Shown here one piece after another: positions 54,215-63,881 of a stretch of DNA of 64,000 nt. The translations under genes and the position numbers were made by a program. Within the stretch, counting starts at the first letter, position 1; each line of letters opens with the position of its first letter. The notes below the pieces were generated by a model. That model was not told the origin of the DNA, did not search any database, and was given only the letters and a program-made list of their open reading frames with translations. This DNA is from an uncultured candidatus Porisulfidus sp. (GTDB taxonomy: Bacteria; Pseudomonadota; Gammaproteobacteria; Poriferisulfidales; Poriferisulfidaceae), in assembly GCA_965199755.1 (NCBI GenBank), contig CBDASZ010000002.1:96001-160000 (forward strand), written 5' to 3'.

Positions 54215-55743
54215 GGCGCTCCCCATCCGCCGCCACCCGGCGTCTCGATGCACAGTCGATCTCCCGCATTCACGGTGCGCTGGCATTTACCAGGCAAGGT
54301 CTCACCGTTGAGTGTGTTGCGCCCCACGGATCCCGCCTGTCCTCCGTCCGCGCCATTCGGCGCGTGTCGCCGACGTTCCGACAGCACGCTGAACTGCGCC
54401 GGTTGCAAGAACTCAAATTCCCGAATCAGGCCATCGCCTCCGGAGTAAGTGCCCGCCCCGCCCGAACCTCGCCGCAGCGCATAGCGGTGCACACGCAACG
54501 GATAGGCTTGCTCCAGCACCTCCACTGGCGTATTGCGCGTGTTGGTCATGTGCGCCTGACGCGCCGACAGTCCTGATCCCGCGGCATGCGCGCCCATGCC
54601 GCCGGCCAGAGTTTCGTAGTAGGCCCAGGACTGTGCGCCACCAGCACCCGCCGCCACGTTGTTCATCGTCCCCTGACTGTCCGCGGGCAAGAGTTGGGGC
54701 TGCGCCTTGTGCAGCGCGCGAAGCATCAGATCCACCACGCGCATGGAGGTCTCGACATTTCCGGCCGCCACCGCCGCGGGCGCACGTGCATTGAGTACAC
54801 AGCCTTTCGGGGCACACAGTCGAAGCGCCTCGAAACTGCCGGCGCACGCCGGCGTATAGGTTGGCATCAAACAGCGGAAAGCGTAATACACGGCAGCCGC
54901 CGTGACCGACAGCGGACAGTTGATCGGGCCTTCCACTTGCGCGTCAGTGCCCTCGAAATCGACCTCAATCTGCCCCTCTCGCACCGCAACGCGCACCTGC
55001 AGGCGAATGTCCTCATGCCCAAGTCCGTCATCCTCCATCCATTCGCAGGCTTCGTAGATGCCATCAGGAATGGCGCGCAATGCCGTATGCGCCAGACGTC
55101 GTCCGTAAGCATTCAATTCTTCCAGCGCCGGCTCCCAGTGCGTGATGCCTAATTCTCCAATGCGCTCCATCAGACGTGCGCAGCCGCGGTCATTGACATG
55201 CAATTGCGCCAGAAGATCCCCGCGGGTGTCGCGCGGGGTGCGGGTCGCGCTGACAATCTCATCCAGACGCGCCTGATCCAGTTGACCGCCGCGACAGATG
55301 AGTTGCGGGGGCAGAATCAGACCTTCCTCTTCCAGTCTGCGAGACATTGGCATGGAGCCCGGTGTGTCTGCGCCAATATCCGCATGATGTGCCCGATTGA
55401 CGGCGAAGCCGTACAAATTCCCGTCCAGAAAACACGGCGTGATTACCGTGACGTCCGGCAAGTGAGTACCGCCCATGTAGGGGTCGTTGAGCAGCGCGGC
55501 GTCACCCGGCTGCCACTCAAAATAGTCCGCCAGATCGCGCATGGCGTAGGCCATACTGCCGAGATGCACCGGAATGTGCGCGGCCTGCGCGATTAAGCGA
55601 CCCTTGCGATCAAAGATCGCACAGGAGAAATCCAGACGATCTCGAATGTTGGGCGAAAACGCGCAACAACGCAGCAATGCGCCCATCTCCGCGCACAGCG
55701 CTTCCATGCGGTTCGCAAATACGGCCAGTGCTACGGGATCCAT
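54211..55743 (-). CDS. Hydantoinase B/oxoprolinase-family protein
   Basis: [39 protein letters not shown] and TPGGGGWG motifs. Confidence 0.93.
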   Translation of the reverse strand: MDPVALAVFANRMEALCAEMGALLRCCAFSPNIRDRLDFSCAIFDRKGRLIAQAAHIPVHLGSMAYAMRDLADYFEWQPGDAALLNDPYMGGTHLPDVTVITPCFLDGNLYGFAVNRAHHADIGADTPGSMPMSRRLEEEGLILPPQLICRGGQLDQARLDEIVSATRTPRDTRGDLLAQLHVNDRGCARLMERIGELGITHWEPALEELNAYGRRLAHTALRAIPDGIYEACEWMEDDGLGHEDIRLQVRVAVREGQIEVDFEGTDAQVEGPINCPLSVTAAAVYYAFRCLMPTYTPACAGSFEALRLCAPKGCVLNARAPAAVAAGNVETSMRVVDLMLRALHKAQPQLLPADSQGTMNNVAAGAGGAQSWAYYETLAGGMGAHAAGSGLSARQAHMTNTRNTPVEVLEQAYPLRVHRYALRRGSGGAGTYSGGDGLIREFEFLQPAQFSVLSERRRHAPNGADGGQAGSVGRNTLNGETLPGKCQRTVNAGDRLCIETPGGGGWGAP

Positions 55744-55932
55744 AAATCTGCTGAAATGGCTCGACGACACTCCTGTCGTATGGGGGAATGATCAAAGATC
55801 GGCTTTAATCGTCGCGCTTTTGCGCCATTATGCTATATGATTGAGCAATAATACGAAAATTTTGTTAAATATTACGCTTATTTGTGGTATTATTGACGCC
55901 TTATTTAGCACCTGCCACATTGCCCTAAATTA

Positions 55933-56973
55933 ATGCTTTCAAAAATCCTGAAAATGTTCAGTGACGACATGTCAGTCGATCTGGGCACTGCCAATACACT
56001 GATCTATATCCCCGGCCAGGGAATGGTCCTCAATGAGCCTTCAGTGGTTGCTCTCAGGGCCTTGGCCGACAAGAACGACAAGAGCAGGATTCTGGCCGTC
56101 GGCAAGCAAGCCAAGACGATGCTTGGGCGCACCTCCAACAAGATTCAGGTGATCCGCCCGCTCAAAGACGGCGTGGTGGCGGATTTCACCGCCGCCGGAG
56201 CGATGTTGCAGGATTTTATCCGCAGAGCCACCCGACAGCACTACTTTTCGATGGGACCGCGGGTGCTGGTGTGCGTACCGTTTGGTGCCACGGAGGTAGA
56301 GCGCAAGGCAATCAAAAATTCGGCGGAAAGCGCCGGTGCGCGGAAAGTTTATCTGGCCGAGGAGCCTCTCCTCGCCGCGCTGGGCGCAGGACTGCCCATC
56401 AAGGACTCTGGCGGTCAGTTTCTGCTTGATATTGGCGGTGGCACATCCGAAATGGCGGTTTTGACATTCGGCGATATTGTGGTGGCGGAATCCTTACGCG
56501 TGGGCGGCGATCATTTCAACAACAGCATCATCGAATACGTGAGACACGAACATAATCTGCAAATCGGCGAAGCCTCTGCGGAAAATCTCAAGCACACTAT
56601 TGGCACCGCCTATCCCGCCAGCGACCCTCAGGAAATGCAAGTTCGCGGGCGCAATCGTCAGGACGGCACGCCGCACGAGACGATGCTGGCCCGTAGCGAC
56701 ATGTATCACGCGCTGGAGGACTCGCTGAAGAAAATAGCAAGCGGAATCAAGAGTGTGCTGGAGAAGACCTCCCCGGATTTGATCTCGGACATTCAGACAA
56801 ACGGCATTACGGTCACGGGTGGCGGCGCTCTGCTGCACGGCATCGACAAGTACTTGAAGGGCGAAATTCATATCCCGGTCCACCTTGCGGAAGATCCGCT
56901 GGGATGCGTCGCACGCGGTGGCCTGATCATGCTGGAAAACGAGGAGCTCTACGATCAGGACCACCTGACGTAA
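55933..56973 (+). CDS. mreB: Rod shape-determining protein MreB (diverged)
   Basis: DLGTANT, NEPSVVA, RPLKDGV, DIGGGT and TGGGAL motifs; followed by mreC and mreD. Confidence 0.92.
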   Translation: MLSKILKMFSDDMSVDLGTANTLIYIPGQGMVLNEPSVVALRALADKNDKSRILAVGKQAKTMLGRTSNKIQVIRPLKDGVVADFTAAGAMLQDFIRRATRQHYFSMGPRVLVCVPFGATEVERKAIKNSAESAGARKVYLAEEPLLAALGAGLPIKDSGGQFLLDIGGGTSEMAVLTFGDIVVAESLRVGGDHFNNSIIEYVRHEHNLQIGEASAENLKHTIGTAYPASDPQEMQVRGRNRQDGTPHETMLARSDMYHALEDSLKKIASGIKSVLEKTSPDLISDIQTNGITVTGGGALLHGIDKYLKGEIHIPVHLAEDPLGCVARGGLIMLENEELYDQDHLT

Positions 56974-57006
56974 CCCACGACCACCCGCCTGACTCTCCTT
57001 GGCGGT

Positions 57007-57861
57007 ATGCTCGTTTCCCCCCGCCCCTTCCACGACCCGCGCTTCCGTTTCTGGATCAGCCTGCTGCTCGCCAGCATTCTGATGAGCGCGGATCACTACT
57101 ACGCGCTGTCGCAAAAACTCTATGTGATCATCGGCCTGCCAGCCCAAAGCATCATCAGCGTCGCGAACACGGCACAAGAACTCATTGAGTCTGTCGAGCA
57201 CTATTTCGTTACTCTGGAGCAACTGACATCCGATAACGAATCCTTGAACCGCGAACTACTGCAAGCCCGCCATCGACTGCAGGAAATGCAACAGTTGCAG
57301 GAAGAAAATCTGCGCCTGCGCCAAGTGACGAACATGGACATCCTGCAGCGTGTGCAACAGGCCATGGTCGCGCAAATCACGCACGTCAGCCTGGCTCCAT
57401 TTGAGCAGCATGTGACCATCGACCGCGGCAGCGAGGAAGATCTGTTTGTCGGTCAGCCAGTGCTGGATACCTATGGCATCGTTGGTCAGGTCTCCAAGGT
57501 TGGACGGCATCAGTCCACAGTGTTGCTGATTACGGATGTCCGGCACGCCATGTCTCTGCGCAATGCTCGCACCGGAGACGTCTATCTGGCCGAAGGCGAC
57601 AGCCATCATTTGAAACTGCGCTACGTGCCGCTGCGCGACAACATTAAAGAAGGCGATGTGATGCTGAGTTCCGGGCTGGATGAGGTCTATCCGGGCGATT
57701 ATCTGGTCGGCAAGATCGCCCGCTTGAGCCTGTTGCCTAGTCAGGATTTTCTGGAAGCCATCATTGAAGTCGGTTCGCAAGTCCACCGCAATCGGGAATT
57801 GCTGCTGGTCTGGCCGCTCGCCGCGGCAGCAGACGACGACGCAGACGAAGACACTCCATGA
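57007..57861 (+). CDS. mreC: Rod shape-determining protein MreC
   Basis: TM helix, coiled coil EENLRLR, IDRGS, G.VGQV and SSGL...YP motifs. Confidence 0.92.
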   Translation: MLVSPRPFHDPRFRFWISLLLASILMSADHYYALSQKLYVIIGLPAQSIISVANTAQELIESVEHYFVTLEQLTSDNESLNRELLQARHRLQEMQQLQEENLRLRQVTNMDILQRVQQAMVAQITHVSLAPFEQHVTIDRGSEEDLFVGQPVLDTYGIVGQVSKVGRHQSTVLLITDVRHAMSLRNARTGDVYLAEGDSHHLKLRYVPLRDNIKEGDVMLSSGLDEVYPGDYLVGKIARLSLLPSQDFLEAIIEVGSQVHRNRELLLVWPLAAAADDDADEDTP

Positions 57862-58352
57862 ACATGCTGCATCTTCGGCTGTACATTTATCTGAGCCTGC
57901 TCATCGCGCTAGTACTGTCGGTGTGGCCGCTGCCGCAGTGGCTGGCACCCTGGTGGCCGCAATGGCTGGCCATGGTGGTGGTGTTCTGGGCGATTCAACG
58001 ACCTAAAGAATTTGGCTACACCGCGGTCTGGGTCACCGGGCTGTTGAGTGATGTCGTGTTTGGCAGCCTGATGGGAACGCATGTACTCGGCTTCAGCATC
58101 ATCCTGTTTTTGTGCCGGCGTTTCGCCCGCGTGCTACGTTTCTCCAACCTGTTATGGCAAATTGCCCCAGCAGCGCTGCTGATGGCAGGCTATCTACTCT
58201 ACATTCAGGTGGTGGTCATTGCGCTCACCGGCGGCGACTGGATGCTGGAACTCTGGTTGGGCCTGTTGGCCAGTGTGGTGCTGTGGCCGCTTCTGCACCA
58301 GTGGCTGACGTCGCTGGAGCGCCGCAGCGGATTCGAACCTCCCGACTCTTAA
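57858..58352 (+). CDS. mreD: Rod shape-determining protein MreD
   Basis: Hydrophobic; P.W......W...P and GLL.DV..GS..G motifs. Confidence 0.9.
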   Translation: MNMLHLRLYIYLSLLIALVLSVWPLPQWLAPWWPQWLAMVVVFWAIQRPKEFGYTAVWVTGLLSDVVFGSLMGTHVLGFSIILFLCRRFARVLRFSNLLWQIAPAALLMAGYLLYIQVVVIALTGGDWMLELWLGLLASVVLWPLLHQWLTSLERRSGFEPPDS

Positions 58353-58407
58353 GTTTTCCCTGAACCCACAGACCCTGCGGGTGTGCTGAAAGCACTCCTT
58401 TATCCGG

Positions 58408-59046
58408 TCAGGGATTCGCCTGAAGCCACGTCTCCACCGCACGTAACTGCAACGACGGCCCCAGCGGCTGCAATTGCTGCCGCGCTTGCAGGAAGGCTGC
58501 ACGCGCCAGAGTTTGCTCTCCCATCAGCACGTAGACATTGCCCAACTCACCCGACAGATCCGGATGATCCGGCCAGCGCTGCTGCAACACCAGATACGCC
58601 GCCTCGGCACCGGCCAGATCGCGCAAGCGCAATAGGCGACGCGCCTGTCCCCAGTCCGCGAACAGAACATCAAGGTCTTGTTGTGGTGCCGCAGAGGGCT
58701 GCGGCGTGTCAGGGATCGGTTCAGGGTCTGGTTCCGGTGACATTACGGGTTCCGTTTCTTGTACGGCTGCATCAGGATTCTCATCCAGAGGCATCTCTTC
58801 ATCTGTCAACGGTGCTTCTTCAGGTTCCGGCTCCGCCGGTGTCTCTTCCTGAGGGACGTCATCCGCCAGCTCCTCAGGCTCCGGCACTGCTTCCTGTTCC
58901 GATGTGAACAGAGGTTCCGTATGCAGGCTTGGCCACCAGCGCATATCCGGGGTCAGGCGCCATGCCAGCACGAACACCAGCACCACGGTAGTCAGAATAA
59001 GCAGATGGCTGGCCCAGCGAGACTTCTGCTCCATGGTGTGCGACAA
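58408..59046 (-). CDS. Membrane-anchored protein with Pro/Glu-rich linker and C-terminal TPR
   Basis: N-terminal TM helix, acidic EP-rich spacer, AEAAY...PDHPDLSGELGNVY TPR-like helices. Confidence 0.75.
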   Translation of the reverse strand: MSHTMEQKSRWASHLLILTTVVLVFVLAWRLTPDMRWWPSLHTEPLFTSEQEAVPEPEELADDVPQEETPAEPEPEEAPLTDEEMPLDENPDAAVQETEPVMSPEPDPEPIPDTPQPSAAPQQDLDVLFADWGQARRLLRLRDLAGAEAAYLVLQQRWPDHPDLSGELGNVYVLMGEQTLARAAFLQARQQLQPLGPSLQLRAVETWLQANP

Positions 59047-59048
59047 TA

Positions 59049-59294
59049 TCAGGGTCGCGGCATCGGCGGCGGCCGCATACGCACTAAGGGATACACGTAA
59101 GGCATATCCGCAAACACCTCTGGCGGCGGCACGATTCGGTCGTGCGATGCGGCCTCTTCCATAGCAGGCGTGCCCTCAACCAGTTCTTCCGTAGGTTGCT
59201 CGGCAGCGGAGGTCCCCTGCGCATTAACCGTCAGCGACAACGAGAGTGTCAGAGAAAACAGTAAAGTACTGAAAATAAATTGTTTTGCTTGCAT
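59049..59294 (-). CDS. Small secreted Pro-rich hypothetical protein
   Basis: Signal peptide ending VNA-Q and PPPMPRP tail; stop lies 2 bp before the next gene. Confidence 0.55.
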   Translation of the reverse strand: MQAKQFIFSTLLFSLTLSLSLTVNAQGTSAAEQPTEELVEGTPAMEEAASHDRIVPPPEVFADMPYVYPLVRMRPPPMPRP

Positions 59295-59345
59295 TGTCCA
59301 AAAACTCGGTCTGCGCTCCATCCTGCCCGCCATTATACTGTCCCC

Positions 59346-60443
59346 ATGAGCTCACTTGAACAATCCGGTGAAGCGTGGATTGATCGTCAGGACTCACTCA
59401 AAAAATTCCTGAATGCTATCGCCGATGCCCAGTGGTTGGTACTGGACACCGAATTCATGCGGATTCGGAGTTACTACCCACAACTGTGCGTCATTCAGTT
59501 GTCGGACGGCAAAAACTTCGGCCTGATCGACACCCGCGCGGATCTGGACCTGCAACCGCTGATCGCGCGTCTGCGAGAACCGCGCCCGCTTGCCCTGCAC
59601 GCCTGCCTGCAGGATATGGAGGCGCTGCACCATGACTTTGATCTGATCCCGCCACAAGTCTTTGACACGCAGATTGCGTGGAGTTTTCTGGGACAAGATT
59701 TTCAGATGGGCTATTCCGCTGTGGTGGAACAGCAACTCGGCGTGACGCTGGACAAGTCGCAAGTGCGCAGCCGTTGGGATCGCCGCCCGCTCAGTCCGGC
59801 GCAATTGCAGTACGCCTTGTCTGACGTCCTCTACCTCGCGCCACTCTACGAAATCCTGCGCGACAAACTGGAGGCACGCGGACGAACGGACTGGCTGCGC
59901 GATGAAATGCAGCGCATTCTGGTGCCGCAGACCTGGACCGTGGACCCCGATGAAGTCTGGCGGCGTGTACGCGGCGGCCAGCGACTCAATAGCGCGCAAA
60001 AGGGCCGCCTGCGCATACTGGCGGCATGTCGCGAACATATCGCACGCAAATCTGATCGGGTGCGCATATACGTGGTTAAGGATGATTTACTGCTGGCTCT
60101 GGCAAAAAATCCCGGTATGAAACGCAAGGAATTTGATCAACTGGTACCGCCGAGGTTTCAGCGAGGTCTGTGGCGCGCCATGCAAAAGGCGAAAGAGGCT
60201 TCTCCGACACCGAAAGGTTCTGGTATGGGCCGAGAGGAACGCCGTGACCTGGCGCACCGAGTTCAGGTTTTAGCAAAACTTGTACGCAAGGTTGCGGCGG
60301 ATCTGAAAATCGCACCGGAACTACTGGCTAGCCGCACCATGATTGAAGAAATGATTTTCAAGCGGGGGGACGCGACCGTGATGCAGGGCTGGCGTCGTGA
60401 TTGCGTCGGCGATACCTTGCTCGGGGCCCTCGATGAACTCTAA
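59346..60443 (+). CDS. rnd: Ribonuclease D
   Basis: DTEF, HAC.QD.E, FDTQIA, W..RPLS..Q..YA..DV motifs and an HRDC region. Confidence 0.94.
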   Translation: MSSLEQSGEAWIDRQDSLKKFLNAIADAQWLVLDTEFMRIRSYYPQLCVIQLSDGKNFGLIDTRADLDLQPLIARLREPRPLALHACLQDMEALHHDFDLIPPQVFDTQIAWSFLGQDFQMGYSAVVEQQLGVTLDKSQVRSRWDRRPLSPAQLQYALSDVLYLAPLYEILRDKLEARGRTDWLRDEMQRILVPQTWTVDPDEVWRRVRGGQRLNSAQKGRLRILAACREHIARKSDRVRIYVVKDDLLLALAKNPGMKRKEFDQLVPPRFQRGLWRAMQKAKEASPTPKGSGMGREERRDLAHRVQVLAKLVRKVAADLKIAPELLASRTMIEEMIFKRGDATVMQGWRRDCVGDTLLGALDEL

Positions 60444-60888
60444 CGACTATCCTTGCAACTTGCTGGACCAAGTTTGCGAACTGGCCGCCGAGCGTGACGT
60501 GCTGCTGGTCGCGGATACACCAGCCAGTTCTCTGCCGGAATGGATTGGCATGACGGTATCAAGCGACGCAATACTGCAAGAGACCACGCCGCGAGACGCT
60601 TTGGGTCTGGTGCTGAGTCCGTGGGTGGAGGCGGATCAACTGGATGCGGTCATCGCGCGCCTGCGTGATTTGCTGGTGCGGGAGTTCTGTGTCTTGCATC
60701 CTGGAGATGAGACTGAACAGGCAAAACACATGGGAGCGCTCGGCCTGCACTGCATGCAGATGACGCACTTCGCCGAACAGCCCTGGGGACTGAATCACTT
60801 TGACTTGCGTCAGTACAAAAAGACGCCCGGCTGGCTCAATAGCCGCTATTGGGCCAACCCTCAATTATGGAATCGCTTTCGCTGGTGA
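60433..60888 (+). CDS. DUF6231-like hypothetical protein
   Basis: C-terminal YKKTPGWLNSRYWANPQLWNRFRW motif; overlaps the rnd stop. Confidence 0.7.
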   Translation: MNSNDYPCNLLDQVCELAAERDVLLVADTPASSLPEWIGMTVSSDAILQETTPRDALGLVLSPWVEADQLDAVIARLRDLLVREFCVLHPGDETEQAKHMGALGLHCMQMTHFAEQPWGLNHFDLRQYKKTPGWLNSRYWANPQLWNRFRW

Positions 60889-60892
60889 GGGC

Positions 60893-61645
60893 TCAACCCT
60901 GGTCGTGCGGATCGCACAGCGCCTTGCTTTCCGACGGCGCATTGTCCGGGCACAGCCCGCAATGCTCATTGCCCGGCACGGCGAACGCCATCTTCTTCGG
61001 ATGCGGAAACTCCAAACTGTCCATTAAGGCTACGAAGTCCTCTTCGGACTGACCTTCATGCAGGCGCGGATTGCGGGCTTTCTCCTGCGCCACCGTGGAG
61101 ACGAAGCGTCCCTCATAGTCATGCGCCGGATACACCAGTGTGTCATCGGGGAGCGTGTAGAATTTCTCATGGATCGAGCGATACAGCGTGGCCGCGTCAC
61201 CCGACTGAAAATCAGTGCGCCCACAAGCATCAATCAAAAGCGCATCACCACTAAACAGCCAGTCCGCAGAGCCGCCGTGGAATAAATAGGCGTGATGCGT
61301 GTCGGTGTGGCCCGGCGTAAACAGCGGGTGGACCTCCAGCGTCCCCAGTCGCAGCGCCTCGCCTTCGCGCACGCCGATGTCGCGGCATGGCAGGTTGTCC
61401 AGCGCCGGCCCCGCAATCTTGCAGTCGGTGAGCGCACGCAACTTGTGCGCGCCGCTTAAGTGGTCGGCATGAATGTGCGTATCGAGCACGCAGGTCAGTT
61501 TGCGTCCCATCGCCTGCAGTACTTCCAGATCGCGCTCGACGGTCTCCAGCACCGGATCAATCAGCAAAGTCTCGGCGCTTTGCTCGCAACCGAGCAGATA
61601 GGTGTAACTGCTGGATTCGGTCTCGAAAAGTTGGCGGAAAATCAT
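60893..61645 (-). CDS. ETHE1-like persulfide dioxygenase (metallo-beta-lactamase fold)
   Basis: FRQLFE..SSSYTYLL, THIHADH, TPGHT, GCGRTDFQ-like ACGRTDFQ, YPAHDY and NPRL motifs. Confidence 0.9.
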   Translation of the reverse strand: MIFRQLFETESSSYTYLLGCEQSAETLLIDPVLETVERDLEVLQAMGRKLTCVLDTHIHADHLSGAHKLRALTDCKIAGPALDNLPCRDIGVREGEALRLGTLEVHPLFTPGHTDTHHAYLFHGGSADWLFSGDALLIDACGRTDFQSGDAATLYRSIHEKFYTLPDDTLVYPAHDYEGRFVSTVAQEKARNPRLHEGQSEEDFVALMDSLEFPHPKKMAFAVPGNEHCGLCPDNAPSESKALCDPHDQG

Positions 61646-61697
61646 GGCGGCTACGTGCGCGCAGGGAATTTATGATAGCAAAGTGGCGGGTTTGCAG

Positions 61698-61773
61698 TGG
61701 TGGGCCATCAGGGACTCGAACCCCGAACCTGCTGATTAAGAGTCAGTTGCTCTACCAATTGAGCTAATGGCCC
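61698..61773 (-). tRNA. tRNA-Lys (CTT)
   Basis: Cloverleaf with anticodon loop CTCTTAA and CCA end. Confidence 0.95.
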
Positions 61774-61801
61774 GACGCTTCCGGCTGAGTAGTGCGGCAA
61801 G

Positions 61802-61878
61802 TGGGGTGAGTGACGGGATTTGAACCCGCGACCTCAGGAGCCACAATCCTGTGCTCTACCAACTGAGCTACACCCACC
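61802..61878 (-). tRNA. tRNA-His (GTG)
   Basis: Cloverleaf with loop TTGTGGC, G-1 and CCA end. Confidence 0.95.
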
Positions 61879-61889
61879 ACAATCGGAAT

Positions 61890-61966
61890 TGGCACGCCCG
61901 GCAGGATTCGAACCTGCGACCTCCGGTTTAGAAGACCGATGCTCTGATCCACTGAGCTACGGGCGC
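61890..61966 (-). tRNA. tRNA-Arg (TCT)
   Basis: Cloverleaf with loop CTTCTAA and CCA end. Confidence 0.95.
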
Positions 61967-61996
61967 CCATTTTACCGCCTATGACGCACAAATCCG

Positions 61997-62073
<77 letters not shown>

Positions 62074-62120
62074 GCGCAGGCTAGTTTAGCAAAGGCGCAT
62101 TTGTTTCTGATATTAAGAAA

Positions 62121-63881
62121 CTACTGCGGGCAAAGTTCTGTCTTTATAATTTCGAGAAATATTTCAGCACGGCGCTTGAGAAATGCCTCATAGTTCCCTT
62201 CCTTCCCTGTTTTTACATTCAGTTCATCAAACGGCACACGATGGGAGGCAAGCAACTTTTTCATATCTGCCTCATTACGGTTTCTATTTAAACGTTCTCG
62301 GAGGTATTGAATAGGAGGCTTTGCTTGTAATTTATTATTGGTTACAGAGCTAATCAAGGCATAATTCAAAGCATGGTTAACCACTTCCTTTTTCCTACCT
62401 TCATCTTCCAAAAGCGCTTTAGGAAACAGATGATGGTATTGCCTATCTCTGATGTTTCCTGCGGTAATTGATTCCTCAGAAGCCAAGTCTTCTGCTCCAT
62501 TTTGGAGGCTAATACACAATAAGGCACGCGCCAACCTGTTCTTTGTGGTGGGAGAAGAAAGAGGATCACTTACTGATGCTAATTCACCTAGTTTCGGGAG
62601 CGAAAATTCTTTTCCACGAAAGATAGGGATATCGCTCTCCTTAACGTTCTTATCCATTGGACCTTCCAAGTAACCTTTAAGCCCTCTATAATCCTCCCAA
62701 AGCCTACTGTTAGCAGTTCTTTCGTACCTGTCCGTTAGAAAAGCATGCCAAAGATATTGCTTTATAGCCTTCCGAAATGCCCCTCTATGATCAGTGTCAT
62801 TTGGCAATAGTTCATGTAAAGCCACTAGCGCCTGAAAAGGCACAAGACTAGGCAAACGTTTTTCATCATATATTTTCTCATTTTCAAGTTGTTCAATAGC
62901 CCAATCCATTCCCGCGACAATTCCTTTCCAAGCATCTGCGTCTGCAATTAGTCCAGTAACATTTCGGTCTGTATAGTTAGAGTCAGTTGGTAATTTATCT
63001 GATCTGAGACAAGCCACTTTAAGCACAAATTCTCCGATTTTCTGGATTCGCTTATCCGTATCATCTCCAAAGAAACGAACCTGTCGCTCTTTTCCGATCT
63101 CAATATTTTCTATCCGGTCGCGAAGCACCTCCCCTGTCCCTTTCTCAATTTCTGCTACTGCAATATCGAATCTGGATATCTTTGCAGAGGACTCATTGGT
63201 CTTAATGAAAACTTCGATCGCTTCATCACGTTCAGTCTCTTTTGGTAGACAATAGTATGAAATGTCCCGATGTCTTAATTGCTCGGACAACTTACTAATC
63301 TTTCTTTCTAATGCACGACTTTCACTCGCAGCATCCTGACATACCTTGTCACACCACTCTCCGACCTTTTCGCCTCCCTCTGGTCCCAATATGCCAACAG
63401 GGAGCAAGTTTTCCTGCCATAACCTAAGAAAGTCAACTTTCTCGAACTTGGTTTTTTGCTTTTTAGTTACGACTTCCTCAACAGCAAAATCAGAAGCATC
63501 CTTGCTTTCAACTTTCAAAAAAAGCCGAAGAAAATAATCCTTCCCTTCATCTTGGTAGTCAATATTAAAGGCCCTCCATAAAGTTGTTAATCTCTGTTGC
63601 CCGTCCAAAATCAGTTGATCACAATCTTCTACACTAGGCTCTGGTGCATTACGTATTCCGTGACACTTGAAGATGGAGTTGTCTTTCTTTTGGTAGTCCA
63701 ACAACAGCAACGTACCCACCGGCTTTAAATTCAACAACGAACAAAGCAAATCTTCAGCCTGTTTATCCTTCCAAACGAGACCTCTTTGAAAACTAGGTAG
63801 CATGAGTTTTTTGTCTCGAATCCTTTGAAGCCATCCTTCCACTGAGCACCTCTCGGGAGCACCTGCACTTGAATCATTCAT
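62121..63881 (-). CDS. DUF262 (ParB-like NTPase) plus HNH (DUF1524-like) protein, GmrSD/SspE-related
   Basis: LPSFQRGLVW, P.GTLLL, LDGQQRLTTL and F..TN motifs; C-terminal HHLFPK...N..LNYALI....N; markedly AT-rich. Confidence 0.88.
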   Translation of the reverse strand: MNDSSAGAPERCSVEGWLQRIRDKKLMLPSFQRGLVWKDKQAEDLLCSLLNLKPVGTLLLLDYQKKDNSIFKCHGIRNAPEPSVEDCDQLILDGQQRLTTLWRAFNIDYQDEGKDYFLRLFLKVESKDASDFAVEEVVTKKQKTKFEKVDFLRLWQENLLPVGILGPEGGEKVGEWCDKVCQDAASESRALERKISKLSEQLRHRDISYYCLPKETERDEAIEVFIKTNESSAKISRFDIAVAEIEKGTGEVLRDRIENIEIGKERQVRFFGDDTDKRIQKIGEFVLKVACLRSDKLPTDSNYTDRNVTGLIADADAWKGIVAGMDWAIEQLENEKIYDEKRLPSLVPFQALVALHELLPNDTDHRGAFRKAIKQYLWHAFLTDRYERTANSRLWEDYRGLKGYLEGPMDKNVKESDIPIFRGKEFSLPKLGELASVSDPLSSPTTKNRLARALLCISLQNGAEDLASEESITAGNIRDRQYHHLFPKALLEDEGRKKEVVNHALNYALISSVTNNKLQAKPPIQYLRERLNRNRNEADMKKLLASHRVPFDELNVKTGKEGNYEAFLKRRAEIFLEIIKTELCPQ

